Shown: one piece after another, positions 1 through 51,503 of the stretch | Layout: every line of letters begins with the position of its first letter | Position numbering within the stretch: the stretch's first letter is position 1 | Assembly (NCBI GenBank): GCA_033442325.1 | Contig: JAWQFM010000014.1 | Span: forward strand, 262,120-326,119 | Direction: 5' to 3' | From: Salpingoeca rosetta | Taxonomy: Eukaryota > Protista > Choanoflagellata | DNA: 64,000 nt | Program-made: the position numbers and the translations under genes | The notes under the pieces: model-generated | Database searches by the model: none | Told to the model about the DNA's origin: nothing | The model's input: only the letters and a program-made list of their open reading frames with translations

Positions 1-2109
1 CACGCCTCGCTCTCGTACTGCGTGTCGAGATCGCACGGTGCGCACTCCATGCACTGTGTGTCCTGTGTGGCTGTGCAAGGCGCAAGCAGGAACGTTTCGC
101 CGCCAACGCAGGTAGAGCAGTTGCGGCACTCGCGGTCCGTGCTTGCTGTGCAAGGCACCGTCTCGTACTGGTTCGGGTCGCATGGTCCGCACGGCTGCGA
201 GCACGTGCGATCAGACGTGAGCGTGCAGGGGCTGGTCTCGAAACTGTCCTCTTCGCACGTGGCACAGTCGTCACAGGCCCTGTCTGTGGTGGCCGTTGGT
301 GCCACAAGCTCAAACGTGGCACCTTCCACGCACGTCGTCAGGTTCTTGCATTCTGAGATGGATGATGAGACAAAATTTAATTTTGGGCAAGTGAGTGAAA
401 CATGAGTGATTTGATGTGACTGAATAGACACGCCAGGGTGGGCGGAGGATTCCTCCAAGTTGTCGCACTGGGCAGATCGCAAGGTCGCAGGCATTGTTTT
501 CCAACCACAAGAGAGAAGAGCTCATGTAATGTAGTCATGTGCACGATACCGGCGTCCGAAGTGATGGTTGGAGCGACAGACTGGTACTGTGCAGACGTGC
601 ACTGTGTGATATCGTCGCACATGCGGTCCGACGTGAGTGTTGGTGCCTCCTTCTGGTACAAGGGGTCGTTGCACGTGCTGTATGGCGCGCACACTATTGG
701 GTGACGAAGAGGCACAGATGGCGGGACGTGAATATCTGAGAGAATGCCGCAGCAGACTAGCAGAGCACTTGGAAAAGGAGCAGTGCAAGCAGAGGACAAG
801 CCAGAGACAGGCAAGGCTCCGAAAGTCAAGGCAAAGAACCTGAACGGCAAGCTGGCAAGGCAAAGAAAGAAGAGGTCAAGCAGCAAGTTCGGCAACACCA
901 ACCTCGGTTGGATGTGGCGGTCGGGGCTTGTGCCTCGTAAGCTGTTGGGGGCACGTCAACGAGGTGGTCGGTGTTGCTTGGATCCGTCGGCAGGCAGCGG
1001 CGATTGAACGTGCCCTGAAGGGCGGTGTAAAACAGACGTGCAGCGTGGGAAGAGAAGAGAGTCGAGTGAGATGGGGACAAACAGCAGGCGCGCAGTGCTT
1101 CCACGCATAGACAACCGCGGCGCATGCAGGCCCAAATACATAAGTACCACACGGCACTGACACGCACACACACACACACACATGGCACTGACACGCATAC
1201 ACGCACACACACACACACATGGCACACATGATACACATGACACACGCACACGTGTATGCGCGCAAGACGTACGGTGCCGCTGTTGAAAAAGCCGGGAAAG
1301 CCAGTGCAGGTGTCAACGCATCTGCCCTGAAACAAGTAGCGAGAGGAGCTGCAAATGGTGCAGATTGGCTCATCGTCGCCAACACGCGTGCACGTGTGGC
1401 AGAAGGCGTTGCACTGACACGACTCGCTGGTGACAGTGTCGCGGCCACCGGCGCAACCACGCGCACACTGCGTCAGGTTACCACAGACGCGGTCTGAGGA
1501 CAAGGTCGGCGCCACTCTCTCATACTGCGTGTCCTGCATACAGGTTGTCAGATCACGGCACGCATCATCAAAGCCACGGTACTGGGTGTCTGTGCAGGGT
1601 TCCAGCGTCGTTGTAGTTGTGGTCGTAGTTGTTGTGGTCGTAGTTGTGGTTGTGGTCGTAGTTGTGGTTGTGGTTGTTGTGGTCGTGGTCGTCGTTGTGG
1701 TTGTTGGAGGGTTGCTACACACGCGATCCGAGGACCATGTGGGTGGCTCAATCTCAAACGTGTCCTCCGGACAGTCTTGGACGTCTGTGCATGTCGGTGT
1801 GCTTGCTGTTGGCGTTGTGTCGTACGTACCCGTCTCACACCTGGGCACACACTCGCGGTTGATGGTGCCTTCGCCGGCCTCAATGTAGGCTGGAAACGCG
1901 GAGCAGTCCGCGTGGCAGGACCCGCTGTACAGGTACTTTGAGTTGCGGCACTGATAGCAGGTTGTCACACCATTGGTGATGTCACAGAAGGCGCAGGAGG
2001 CTTTGTCGGGGCACGTGGTTGTGAACACGGCGTTCACGCTGAGGATGCTTGCCACAAGCGCCACTGCAACGGCAACAACGGCCACACTGGCCGCTGTCTT
2101 GTTGAACAT
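1..2109 (-). CDS. Secreted/surface Cys-rich repeat protein (furin-like and TNFR-like 'APTxTSDRxC' repeats, Thr-rich mucin stalk); 3' end beyond left edge
   Basis: ATG 2109, signal peptide MFNKTAASVAVVAVAVALVASILSVNA. Exons ~2109-1273, 1014-903, 693-550, 352-<1 with GT..AG junctions in frame. Repeated CxxxxYExxPxTxxSDRxC units; poly-Thr at ~1607-1705. Confidence 0.8.
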
Positions 2110-3000
2110 GGCAAGCGATGGAGGGAACTGCTCTGTACTATGCTGCTCTGTTGAGAGTGAGCAGGTGGAGGCCGAAAAAAGGTGTCGGGTGAGCGCGGGC
2201 AAGGGAAGGAAAGGAATGAATACTCTCGGACGTTATGACGTTACAGACTGCTGGTCAACGTCACAACAAAGACAGAGTTATTGCGTTTGCTTGCAGGCAA
2301 CGCGTTGCACAGGATCGTGCTGAAATATACTTTTGCGCACTTTGGCGACCAGATGACAAATAGAAGACTCACTCAAGGACGCAGGCAGATGAAGCAAAGA
2401 AGGCGTGAGGAGGTGGTGAGAACGTACCCTGTGCTGGTGGCGCTTATCGATGAGGCCGACGATGGTGGTTGAGGAAGAAGGTCTGTCGTCGCTTGCTTGG
2501 AGGATGGCGTGGGTGTGGTGTGGTGGGTGGTGGAGAATAAAAAAATTCATCAGCCAGGTACTGAAGTCAGTCGACCAACCAGTCACCTTCCAACAACAAC
2601 AATGATGACTGAATTCAGTGGTGCAGTGGTGTTGCGACCAACAACCACACACAGATATCAGCGCAGATATCAGACACGCTGCACAACAAGACTGTGCTCT
2701 CGCTATCTTCCCCTCCCCATCGTCTTGTCTCTCTCTGTCTCTGTCTTTGTGCTGTTTCCCTTCTTCTTTGCGTGAGGCTGCATGCTGACAGCAGCACAGC
2801 GGTGCCATCCGCTCGGTTGCGCCTCTTCTTTGTTGCTCCTGGTGCGCACAGTCAGGCAGCCACCACTGACAGTCACAGCTGGACGCAATTTGTGGCCATC
2901 CCCTGCTCTTCTGCACGGCCACAGGCACGCCAGCAGTGCACCAGCATCCACAGCCCCAGAAACCACGATTGCACAAGGCCTTGCGCACACACCTGTCAAG

Positions 3001-4222
3001 ATGCTGTTTCTAAACAGGGAGCGCGTGGTTCCTGTGCCTGAGAAGGCAACATGGCTCAGCTCCGTCGTTCCAGGTGAGTCTGTGTGCGTGCGTGTGTGTG
3101 TGTGTGTGAGTGTGTGTGTGAGTGCAAGGGTGTGTGTGTGCGAGTGCAAGTGTGTGTGCGTGTGTGTGTGTGTGAGTGCAAGTGTGTGTGTGTGTGTGAA
3201 GTGGAGTTGCTCTGCTGCGTGCGTGTGGGGGGGGGGGAGAGCCTTTGTCATTTGCACCGGTTTTTGACATATCGTGGCACACGTCCTCACACCGTGTTCT
3301 GCTTGATATTCGTGGTTCTCAGGACCATACACGACAATGCGCACCATTGACGGCACATGCATTGTTGAGTTTGACCGACACATCAAGCGACTCGGTCAGT
3401 GGGCGTGCTTGAGCATGCGTTTGTGTTTGTGTTTGTGTGTGTGTGTGTGTGTTTGTTTGTTTGTGTGTGTGTGTGTGTGTGTGCGTGCGTGTGTGTTTGT
3501 TTGTTTGTTTGTTTGTGTGTGTGCGTATGTGTGTTTGTTTGTTTGTGTATGTGTGCGTGTGTGTGTTTGTTTGTTTGTGTGTGTGCATTTCATGTATGTA
3601 CACGTACATGTGCCACGTCAATGTGCACGTTTGCTGGTGAAACGCTGCCCAAGGTGCACCGAGTCCTCTGTCGCCCTCCTTCTCTGTCCTCTGTCCTCCC
3701 CCTCCCCACTCTCCTCACCCTCCCCTCACCCTCTCACCCTCTCACCTTCTCCCCTCACCCACCCGCCAACGCTCACCAACACTTCCACGACTTGCCACTT
3801 GCCACGCGTGCAGTGAAGGCGGGCCAGACGGTTGTGTCGCGGATCCAGGGCGGCAAAGACGAGTTCAAGCGCGAGCTCCCAAACGAACGCGCCCTGGAGG
3901 TGCTGGCAAACACGGGGCAGCTGAGAGACATGGTGCTGGAACACATCCGCGCGAGCATCACGTGCTTCCACGAGACGGTCGTGCTGCAAGGCATGCGGGG
4001 GGAGGTGGAGGAAGCGCTGGAGAAGCGCATCACCGTGCTGCTCAACTGGGGGATGTCGTCAGACCACGAATTCGTCACGTGCGTGAACACGGCGGCCGAT
4101 GGCAGCTGCATCAACACGTGGGTGTATGTGGAGGAGCTGCCTCCTGTGCCCAAGGCACCCGTGCACGTCATTATTCGTCGTCGACCGCCAGAGGCGCGCA
4201 TGTACGAGGGCAAGGACAGCAA
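3001..4222 (+). CDS. PLP-dependent class IV aminotransferase-like protein (BCAT/D-amino-acid aminotransferase/PabC superfamily), 5' part; remainder lost in assembly gap
   Basis: Exons ~3001-3073, 3323-3393, 3814-4222. Motifs [17 protein letters not shown] and R...EGKDSK resemble the class IV fold N-terminal domain up to the PLP-lysine region (recognised from memory, not searched). Confidence 0.55.
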
Positions 4223-4398
4223 GGTGCGCTGTGTGTGTGTATCTGTCTGTCTGTCTGCCTGTGCTGTGCTGTGTATGGGATTGTGCTGTATGGGTTGTGT
4301 GTGTATGTATGCTGAGGGTGTGTATGTGTGTATGTGTGTGTTTTGAGGGTGTGTTGAGCTTCTCGATGATTTTCATCCCTTTTCTGCCCATACTCATT

Positions 4399-4480
<82 letters not shown>

Positions 4481-4804
4481 NNNNNNNNNNNNNNNNNNNN
4501 NNNNNNNNNNNNNNNNNNNNNNNNNNNNNNNNNNNNNNNNNNNNNNNNNNNNNNNNNNNNNNNNNNNNNNNNNNNNNNNNNNNNNNNNNNNNNNNNNNNN
4601 NNNNNNNNNNNNNNNNNNNNNNNNNNNNNNNNNNNNNNNNNNNNNNNNNNNNNNNNNNNNNNNNNNNNNNNNNNNNNNNNNNNNNNNNNNNNNNNNNNNN
4701 NNNNNNNNNNNNNNNNNNNNNNNNNNNNNNNNNNNNNNNNNNNNNNNNNNNNNNNNNNNNNNNNNNNNNNNNNNNNNNNNNNNNNNNNNNNNNNNNNNNN
4801 NNNN
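4481..4804. other. Assembly gap (N run)
   Basis: 324 N after a (CA)n tract. Confidence 0.99.
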
Positions 4805-4912
4805 ATGGCCTGGTACTTCTTGATCTTGCGTTGTTCCGCCTGCGACGCCGCGTAGAGGTTGACTTTGGCGGCCTGTGGTTGGTATGAGCTGGCCGCGGGG
4901 GCGGCAAACACG

Positions 4913-5022
<110 letters not shown>

Positions 5023-5597
5023 GTGGGTGTGGGTGTGTGTCTGTGTGTGGGTGTATTTGTGGGTGTTTGCGAAGGATTTGGCCCTGCTTGGATGCACGCC
5101 AATGTTGTTGAAGTTCACCTCACATCTGCTTCCTCCCCTGGATGCCCATATCCAACACCACCACCGCAACCCACCACACAAACCCACCACACTGCATCCA
5201 CCATCACAGCGTGTCATCTCCACCTTGCGCAGCCACTCGCAAGACATGGGCGTGGAGCCGTCACACGACCAACAAGCTGTGCAATGACACGGCTTGCTCG
5301 CCCACACGCTCGCATGCACACCTGCACACCTGCACACGCATACACATGCGCACGTTGCTCCTCGTCTAATTAACCTCTGTTTTCCCGCCTCCCCTTTCCC
5401 CTTGACGTGGCTTCGTTTTGAACAACACGCTGTACAGTTCATTCAACCACTGTTAACAATAACTCTCTCGATTGTCATAAGCAATACACCAACAAAGCAA
5501 ACGGGACAAAAGCAGCAAAGAAGCATGTCACAAGGAAAGCCCCGTGATGAGCAAGAGAAGGAAGATGGAGCGTGCACGTGGGCACACACGCGCGTGT

Positions 5598-15821
<10,224 letters not shown>

Positions 15822-16387
15822 GTTGACACAGGAGGTGCGCCACCCCACAAGAGAAGGCACCAAACACGAAACACACACGAAAAACGTCGTTCTCGTTGCT
15901 TTCTTGGCTGTTGGCAGTCCTCAACCGAAAACAATTGGCGTGATATTTTTGGAAACGATTTCATGCGAGATTAACGGCCGTTGCCTGCAAGCACACGTGG
16001 TTGCCACGACAGGTGTGGCAGGAGGCGCACAGTCGCCTGTCATGGGAGTGGGAAGCGAAGAGAGATGGAAAGAGAGGGGAAGAGAAGGGGATGAGAAGGG
16101 GATGAGAAGGGGAAGAAGGCAAGGCAGGTGATGGGATGGCAAGAAGAAGAAGAAGTAACAACGTAGAAAAAGGAAAGAACAGCAGAAGACACACTCATAA
16201 CACAACAGGAACACTGGCTTGGCTTGGCAAGAAAACGATGCGCTAGTGAACGAGCTCCTCTAACATATGTGTGCGCGTGCGCTGTAACACGTGAGGCGCT
16301 GCACATAACAAACGAGATGGGCGAGAAAACGATAACTAACACAAGCCTGCAAGCACCGCAAGCACCGCAAAGGAAGCCACAACGCTG

Positions 16388-16468
16388 CCAACCAATCAAC
16401 CAACCAATCAACCAACTAATCAACCAACTAATCAACCAACGAATCAACCAACCAATCAACCAACAACA
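16388..16468. repeat. Degenerate ~12-bp tandem repeat (ACCAATCAACCA/ACTAATCAACCA) between RTK stop and HECT start
   Basis: About 6 imperfect copies seen directly. Confidence 0.75.
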
Positions 16469-16527
16469 GACAACGTGCAAACATGGTGAGGGAAGGACGG
16501 AGAATGAGCCTCGCTGGCGTCAAAGCC

Positions 16528-32261
<15,734 letters not shown>

Positions 32262-33045
32262 GGTGCACGCGCGTTGCTGTGTGAGAGTGCTCCTGCTCTC
32301 GCGTAGTAACGGGAGGCGTTTTGGTCGCGGTTGTACGTGGCGTTGGTGGTTGTAGAGTTGTCGTGGGTGCTTGTAGAGTTGTGCTTGATGGGTGGGGTGC
32401 ACGTGGGTGGGTGTTCAGTGTGCACTCACAACGTCAGCGCAAGAGGGGACCCTGCCTCTGAAACAAAGCTGTGCGCTGTTCACGTCACTGGAGCTCGTGC
32501 TCTCTCGTTGGTGTGCTGTATCTGCTGCTGTATCTGCGGCCTGTCTGTAGGTGGAGCGACGTGAAGAAGAAGGGAAGGAATGAATGTGCATGTGGGTGTG
32601 CGTGTGTGCGTGTCTTGCTGCTGTTGTGTGTGCGCGTGAGCGTGAGCGTGCGGTAGGCTGTGGCGGGTCGTCGTCACAGGCCGATTCTCAGGGAAGTGGC
32701 GGCAGAGGACTGGCCATGTCCCAGCAGCTTCAAGTGCATCGCGAACGCGTGCCGATTTGAGCGAACTGGGACATATTGTAGCATGGCATCGGATGGATAA
32801 ATCTCACAAGATGTTCATAAAAATTCGCTGATTTGAATAAAATATTGTGTGAAAACCACAATGTTTATGAAAATGGGCGGAACTAGAAAACGGTGTAGCG
32901 AATACGTAAACGAAACATGGACGAAGAAAACTTGACGTTTTTCGGTGCATCGCGAACAAAACGGAAGAGAGCGATCTTGGTAACGGGGCATGGAATCGTC
33001 GCAAAATTTTGCTGTGTGAGGCGTCTGCCACTGACATGACAAACT

Positions 33046-33120
33046 GTCACTGTCACCGTCACTGATGTCTGTCATCACTGTCACTGTCACTGACAACACA
33101 CAACTGTCACTGTCACCGTC
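33046..33120. repeat. (TGTCAC)n hexamer microsatellite-like tract
   Basis: Repeated actgtc/tgtcac units downstream of the pan gene stop. Confidence 0.7.
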
Positions 33121-33274
33121 CACACACGCACACATTCACACACACGCGCACACACGCACATCCACACATCCACGCACTCACGCACATCCACACATTCACG
33201 CACTCACACATGCACACATCCACACCGCTCTTCCTTGCTCGACAACAAACAGACAACCCACTCCTCCTATGTGA

Positions 33275-37914
<4,640 letters not shown>

Positions 37915-39530
37915 TGTATTTGTCAATCTCTTGGAGTGGTTGGCTCACACTAGCACTCCACAGAAGCGAGACTGTTCACTTCAGACTCGCCAATGAAAAG
38001 TGGAGATCTCCTGCTGTTGTATGATGTTGATGTTGATTGATAGTGTGGGGAAATGATGGAGCAGCACAACGTGTGTTGCTCTTTGCTCTGCGATGTTGAT
38101 GGTGCAGTCCTCGGAGAAATCGGTGAAAGATATGGCAGATTGTCCACAATGCCGTTTCTTTTTGCTGACGCGGATGACAACGCGAGTTGGCTGGCTAACT
38201 GGCTGGGTGGATGCTGTGTCGCCCTGAAAGTTGAGCTGGCAATGACGACGACAGAGGCATGCGAGAGGACAGAGCATGGAAACGCTGTTTGTGGGCAAAC
38301 GATGGTTTTCCGGACAATTTCATCGACAAGGACTTTGACCGCCGTGTTCATGCACTCCGTGAGTTGTGCGTGTGTGTGCGTGTGCATGTGCACGCGTGTG
38401 TGCATGTGTGCGTGCATGTGTGTATGCATGTGTGTGTGCATGTTTGTGTGCATGTGTGTGTGTATGGTTGGCGTATGTTGCAGTGCACGTGGACAAGTCG
38501 AATAATCATGTACACGTGTGCTCGTGGGACACGTGTGCTCGTGGACACCTTTGCTTGTGTCGCAACGCATGACTAACCCCCTGCCCCTCACCATACACAC
38601 CCCTCCCCTCTCTCGTGAACAAAGGAGAGGAACAGCAGAACCGACTGCGAAAACCTTTGAGCTCCTACTGGATCGACCTCGGCGTGCAATGCGCCAGGTA
38701 CCACCTCAGTGTTCTCCAACACAACAGCACGCACACACGCACATCGTGGCGGTCTCTGCTCTGTTGTATTTGCGCACCTTCAAAGACAGCCGCGCCGCAG
38801 TTCTGTACCTCCTAATGACCCCCTCACACACGCACAACACATACACACACGCACATGCACACACATAACACATACACACACGCACATGCACACATACACA
38901 ACACACACACATGTACACAACACACACACATGCACACAACACATACACCCAACACACACACACACACCTCACTACACATGTTTGATCATGCAGTGTGGTG
39001 CAGATTGCCAGCTTTTTCGCGGTGCTGGACTGTCATCCGGGTAGCAGCGCGCCCATCTGGGCCTGGCATGCGATGGGATGGGCATCCTTCGGATGGCACC
39101 TCTTGCTGCATGCCAGCATTGTTGAGCAGACCACGCGGGACCGCTTTCAGCTGTTTCTCTGCTTCATCGTCGTGCTCCTCCTGCTTCCTCTCGTCTCCCA
39201 ACTCACGGTGCGACTGGTGGACGGAGAGCGGATGGTGGCAACCATGCATGCACTTGCTTGCTTGGTTGTGCATGTAGCGAGGGGCTTTGTGTGCATGCTT
39301 GCGTGCATGCTTGCGTTTGTGATTGCATGTCCAAGTCATGTCACATTGTGTTCTCACACCAGGAATGCACTCACATGCACACGTGCACGTGGTTCTTGCT
39401 TCCGTTGACCGCGCCTACAAACGGTTTCCCAAAGACGTCCATCAGCTCTGACACGCTCTACACCATGGCTGCATCGTTCTTTATTGTGTTTATTGCCGCC
39501 TTTCACGAATTCACACAGCCGAGGTCCGCT

Positions 39531-39610
<80 letters not shown>

Positions 39611-39652
39611 CTGAAAGACGGGATAGCTACCTTGCACACGCGACACTCACGT

Positions 39653-39737
<85 letters not shown>

Positions 39738-40614
39738 CTGTGCACCAACCCTTACAGCACGCACCGCCCGGTCGCCTTGAATGCTGCGACGTTTGCCAGC
39801 ATCTGCTTGGCGAGCCGCTTGTCAGACATGACGGCTGTTGTCGTGTTCATGTGGTTCTGCCTCGCAAACATCTTCCTCTTGCCAGACACCCTTGCTGTAA
39901 GTACATGCGCATGCGTGCGTGCGTGCGTGTGTGTGTGTGGGAGGGGGGATTTGCGTGCATCTTGCACCATGTATCATGCACATGCATCACGATGCATCAT
40001 GCACGACACGCACACTTCCATGTGCACTTTCCCGCCTCGCGTTCATGTGCAGGTGATCATCCTCGTGTCACACCACATCACATTCTGACGCATCACATCA
40101 CACTGTCACCATGCAGTGCATTCGGCAGCGGGTTCCCTCGTCACGCGTGGTGTTCCGTGCGCTGAGCGCAGTTCACGTGACCCTTGCCGTTGTCATGCTG
40201 TGTTGGGCGAGCATGCTGTTGGTCTTGCGAACATCATCCACGAGCACTGGCTATCACGAACACACAGCTGATGCCTGCGCAGCATAATGTCATGTAGTGT
40301 GATGTCGTCTCAAGAGGCTCTCATGTGCATTGCTTCCTTTTTTCCACGCCTCTCTCCCTCTTTTTCATCCGCTTTCTTGTTCGCTGGCGAGCAACTCATC
40401 TGAGGTTGTTGGGTGTTGCACCTTCTACTTTTGATGCACAAGCATCATTTTCAACACAGCAGTACACGCATTTTCACACGCACGCACGCACACGCACGCA
40501 CACACTCGTGCGAACATGATGCACGAGTGGACAATCACTCAAAGAACAGCCTGGGCCAAACAAAAGTGTGTGTGTGTGTGTATGTGTGTGAGTGTGTGTG
40601 TGTGTGCCTGGGCG

Positions 40615-41480
40615 CTACGCCAGGACGCCCTTTGTGCTGGGCACGTCATTCAGGCCACCGGTTCGGGAGATGGCATGGCGAAGCGCAACCGCGGTGGCCT
40701 GTCAGTGGGCGGTGGTGTATGGACATGTGATGAGCACCACGCCGTTGGTACAACACAACACAACACACACACACAACAAACACATGCACGCACGCACGCA
40801 CGCACGCACGCACACAACACACCTTGAATGCGGATTCTGCGCGATGATGGTCGTTATCCCCGTACAAACACTCGACATGCAGGGTGATCCTAGCCAATTG
40901 TAAGTTGCACGCGTGCATGCCATGGAGTAAGTGCGTGCCATCGATTGGGACAACAAGTGCGGTGAGACCGTCGATGAAAAAGGCATGAATAGTGCACAGC
41001 GCAACGGACACGCATTTTGACAACCCCACACCTTGCTTCCTGTGCAAACGACATGAAGAAGTGTGGAATCATCTCACAGGACAGGGCTCCCAGCTTCTCA
41101 CGCTGTCGACAGGGACACAATCACGGGAGGAGGCGGGAAAGCGTGTGTGTGTGAGCGAGGCGAGATGTGTGTGTGTGTGTATGTCTTGTCTTGTCTTGTC
41201 TTGTCTATCTGTCTGTACCTGTGTCTGTGTGTACTACTGTTGTTGCTGTACCACATGTCGCACCTTCAATCCAAGCGACGCAACGCAGAAAGGGCGTGAA
41301 GAGATGTCCACCACAGATCTGCACCAAACACACCAATTACCCCGCGCAGACACACATTTGTGTGAAAACGTACTGAAGCTGCTGCTGCACACCATCAACA
41401 CATGCAACCAACCAAAAGACAGCACGCACACACGTGCACGTGTACACCATCTCACGAACACTTTCGTGACGTGCACTTAG

Positions 41481-41538
<58 letters not shown>

Positions 41539-42494
41539 GCGCGCGTACCTTGAGAGGGCTTCGTCAAGCGGAGCGTAGGCGTGGCCAAACCGGGCGATGC
41601 CACGGCGCTCGCCAAGGGCCTGATCAAAGGCACTGCGAGCCGCAGTGTGGGGGGAGGCGTGTGGTTGTACAGCACGAATGAATGGGTGAGTGCAATGCCA
41701 TAGAACTACACCGCGCACGCGCGCACATGCGCACCATGTGCGCAAACAAACCTTCCGAGTGCCAAGCCGACATCCTCCACGGTGTGATGGTCGTCCACAT
41801 GAAGATCTCCCTGCAAGGGGGAAGGGGTGAACGAAGGTTTCCTTTGTTCATGCGCCACACAACGCACGCATACGCAGAGAGCGAGAAAGAGCGCGCGAAC
41901 ACCAACACACACATACGCAGAGAGAGCGCACGAACACACACGCGCGAACACACACGCGCACATGCACACACACACCCGCGCGCACACGCACACGCACACA
42001 CACATACATACATACACACACATACACACACATACACACACACCTGGCAGGCCACGGTGAGGTTGAAGCGAGCATGCTTGCCCAGGGCTGAAATCATGTG
42101 ATCCAAGAACCCAATCCCGGTCGAGATGTCCAGCTTGCCTTCCCCATCCAAGTCCAACGTGATCTTCAACAGCACACCACGTGACAATCAGCACAGCACG
42201 TGAATCAGACGCGTTGTCTATGGTTATTCATGGGTTCATCCACACATCCACACACATACACACATCCACACACATACACACATCCACACACACGTGCACA
42301 CACACACACACGTGCACACACACGTGCACACACATCCACATCCACACACACACACATCCACACACACGTGCACACGTGCACATACACACACACGCACGAC
42401 TGACCTGGATGTCTGTCTCTTTGGTCTTGCGAGTCACCGTCGCTGACCGCGGCTGCTCTTGCACGAGCTTCGCCTTCTTGCTGTTCAGCTCCAT
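40615..42494 (-). CDS. HIS3: Imidazoleglycerol-phosphate dehydratase (monofunctional, fungal HIS3 type), 8 exons
   Basis: Spliced [16 protein letters not shown]|[16 protein letters not shown]|[13 protein letters not shown]|..[14 protein letters not shown]|AVVDISSRP|..SCEMIPHF|[17 protein letters not shown]|[19 protein letters not shown]; both DxHH motifs present. Confidence 0.95.
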
Positions 42495-42981
42495 CTTCAC
42501 TATCTTTTTGCCTGTCCCCTGTCGTCAGCGCGCACTGGTTTTTTGTGCTGTAGTTTTGTGTTGTTTTGTTGGTTTGTTTGTGTTGTTGTGGCTACGAGCA
42601 ACGATGAATGATTTCAACTAAATTTCGGTGGTGGATGGGCTTGTTTTTCCCCCTCCTGGTGTGTTTTGTGTGTGTGTGTTTCGCCCTTTGTGTCTGATCG
42701 TCCATCATCCATTTCCATTAAGCCATTCCGTCCGCGCATCTGCCCTTTCCACTCCAACAAGCCACGCGCGCGCCAGTGGTGGCCTTGCTCTCACTTGCAC
42801 GCCACAACCCCCGACCTCGTCGATCCACGAGGGGGCAAAGGGGGCATTGTGCATGTTTTGTTTTGTCGCAAGCGCCTTTTGCCGTGCTCAGATCTCAGAT
42901 ACTACTATCACCGCAATCCTCCTCCTGCCTACGACTCCCCTCTCCCCATTTCGGCTCTCCTCCAAAACAGCAAAACAAAAC

Positions 42982-43221
<240 letters not shown>

Positions 43222-43224
43222 GCC

Positions 43225-50490
<7,266 letters not shown>

Positions 50491-50634
50491 GGACGTGCGG
50501 GCTTGGTGATTTAATCGCGGCAGCTCTGGTGCTGGTAGCGGTGGTGGTGATTGTGGTGGTGGTGAAAGGCAGGGGCGTTGGTTGCGCATTTGACGACTTT
50601 GCGACATTGGGAGGGGGGTTGGAAGGCACCGAAG

Positions 50635-50700
<66 letters not shown>

Positions 50701-51503
50701 ACGGTTTTGGGGCGGCTGAGTGGTGTTTGTTGCTGTCTTGGTTTTGTCGATTGCTATGTGGGCGCAGCAACACTTAATCGCCTGTAGATGACATCTCACT
50801 GTTCATTCTTTCTTTGTTGATGTAATGTGCTCCGTGGTGGGTGTTTTGACCGCACTCTTCTTCATGCTGCGATGTTGTGAGCGCATGCGTTTGTGGGGAG
50901 CACTTCAATCTCTCTTTGTCTCCACCCTCTTCTTCTTCTGAGATCCTTCCATTGTTGTTGTTTGCCTGATGGTGTTGGTTACATGATGTCTTGACATGAA
51001 GCCAGTGCGTGGGTACGTTGGTACGTTGTTTGTGATTGGCGTGCTGTGTTTGCTTACCTGTTGTACATGGCGTGTGCTGCGTTAATGTCATCGTACATGC
51101 CACCAAGCACCTTGATATTGGTGCCCGTTGTTGTTTCTTCTCCCCCCTGGGTGCGGCTGGTCTGATTGATGTCAGCGTCCACTCACTGATCACTCGTTTC
51201 ACCAATGTGATCAAGTGCGTTTATGAACATAGGAAACACATAGGAAACACATCTAAAGCAACCCCGTGGGTGTTGGTTGGTTAATTATGGTCGTGTGGGT
51301 GGTGGAGCAGGAGGGATGTTAGGAGTCCAAGGCACCGTGGAAGGTGGCAGAGGTGACACGTTTGGCTCACGCACATTCCACTCACAAAAATCGACTCACA
51401 CACGCACACACAAGACACACACACACACACGTATACACACACACACAAGACACACGCACACACACACGCACACACAAGACACTCTCCCCCAACACGCTAG
51501 GTG

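Noticed and set aside
3001-4222. Aminotransferase as ketoisovalerate supplier clustered with the pan fusion
   Set aside because: About 29 kb away with unrelated genes between, and substrate unknown.
16388-16468. CCAAT-box cluster for the HECT promoter
   Set aside because: More simply a degenerate tandem repeat in the RTK 3' region; no functional evidence.
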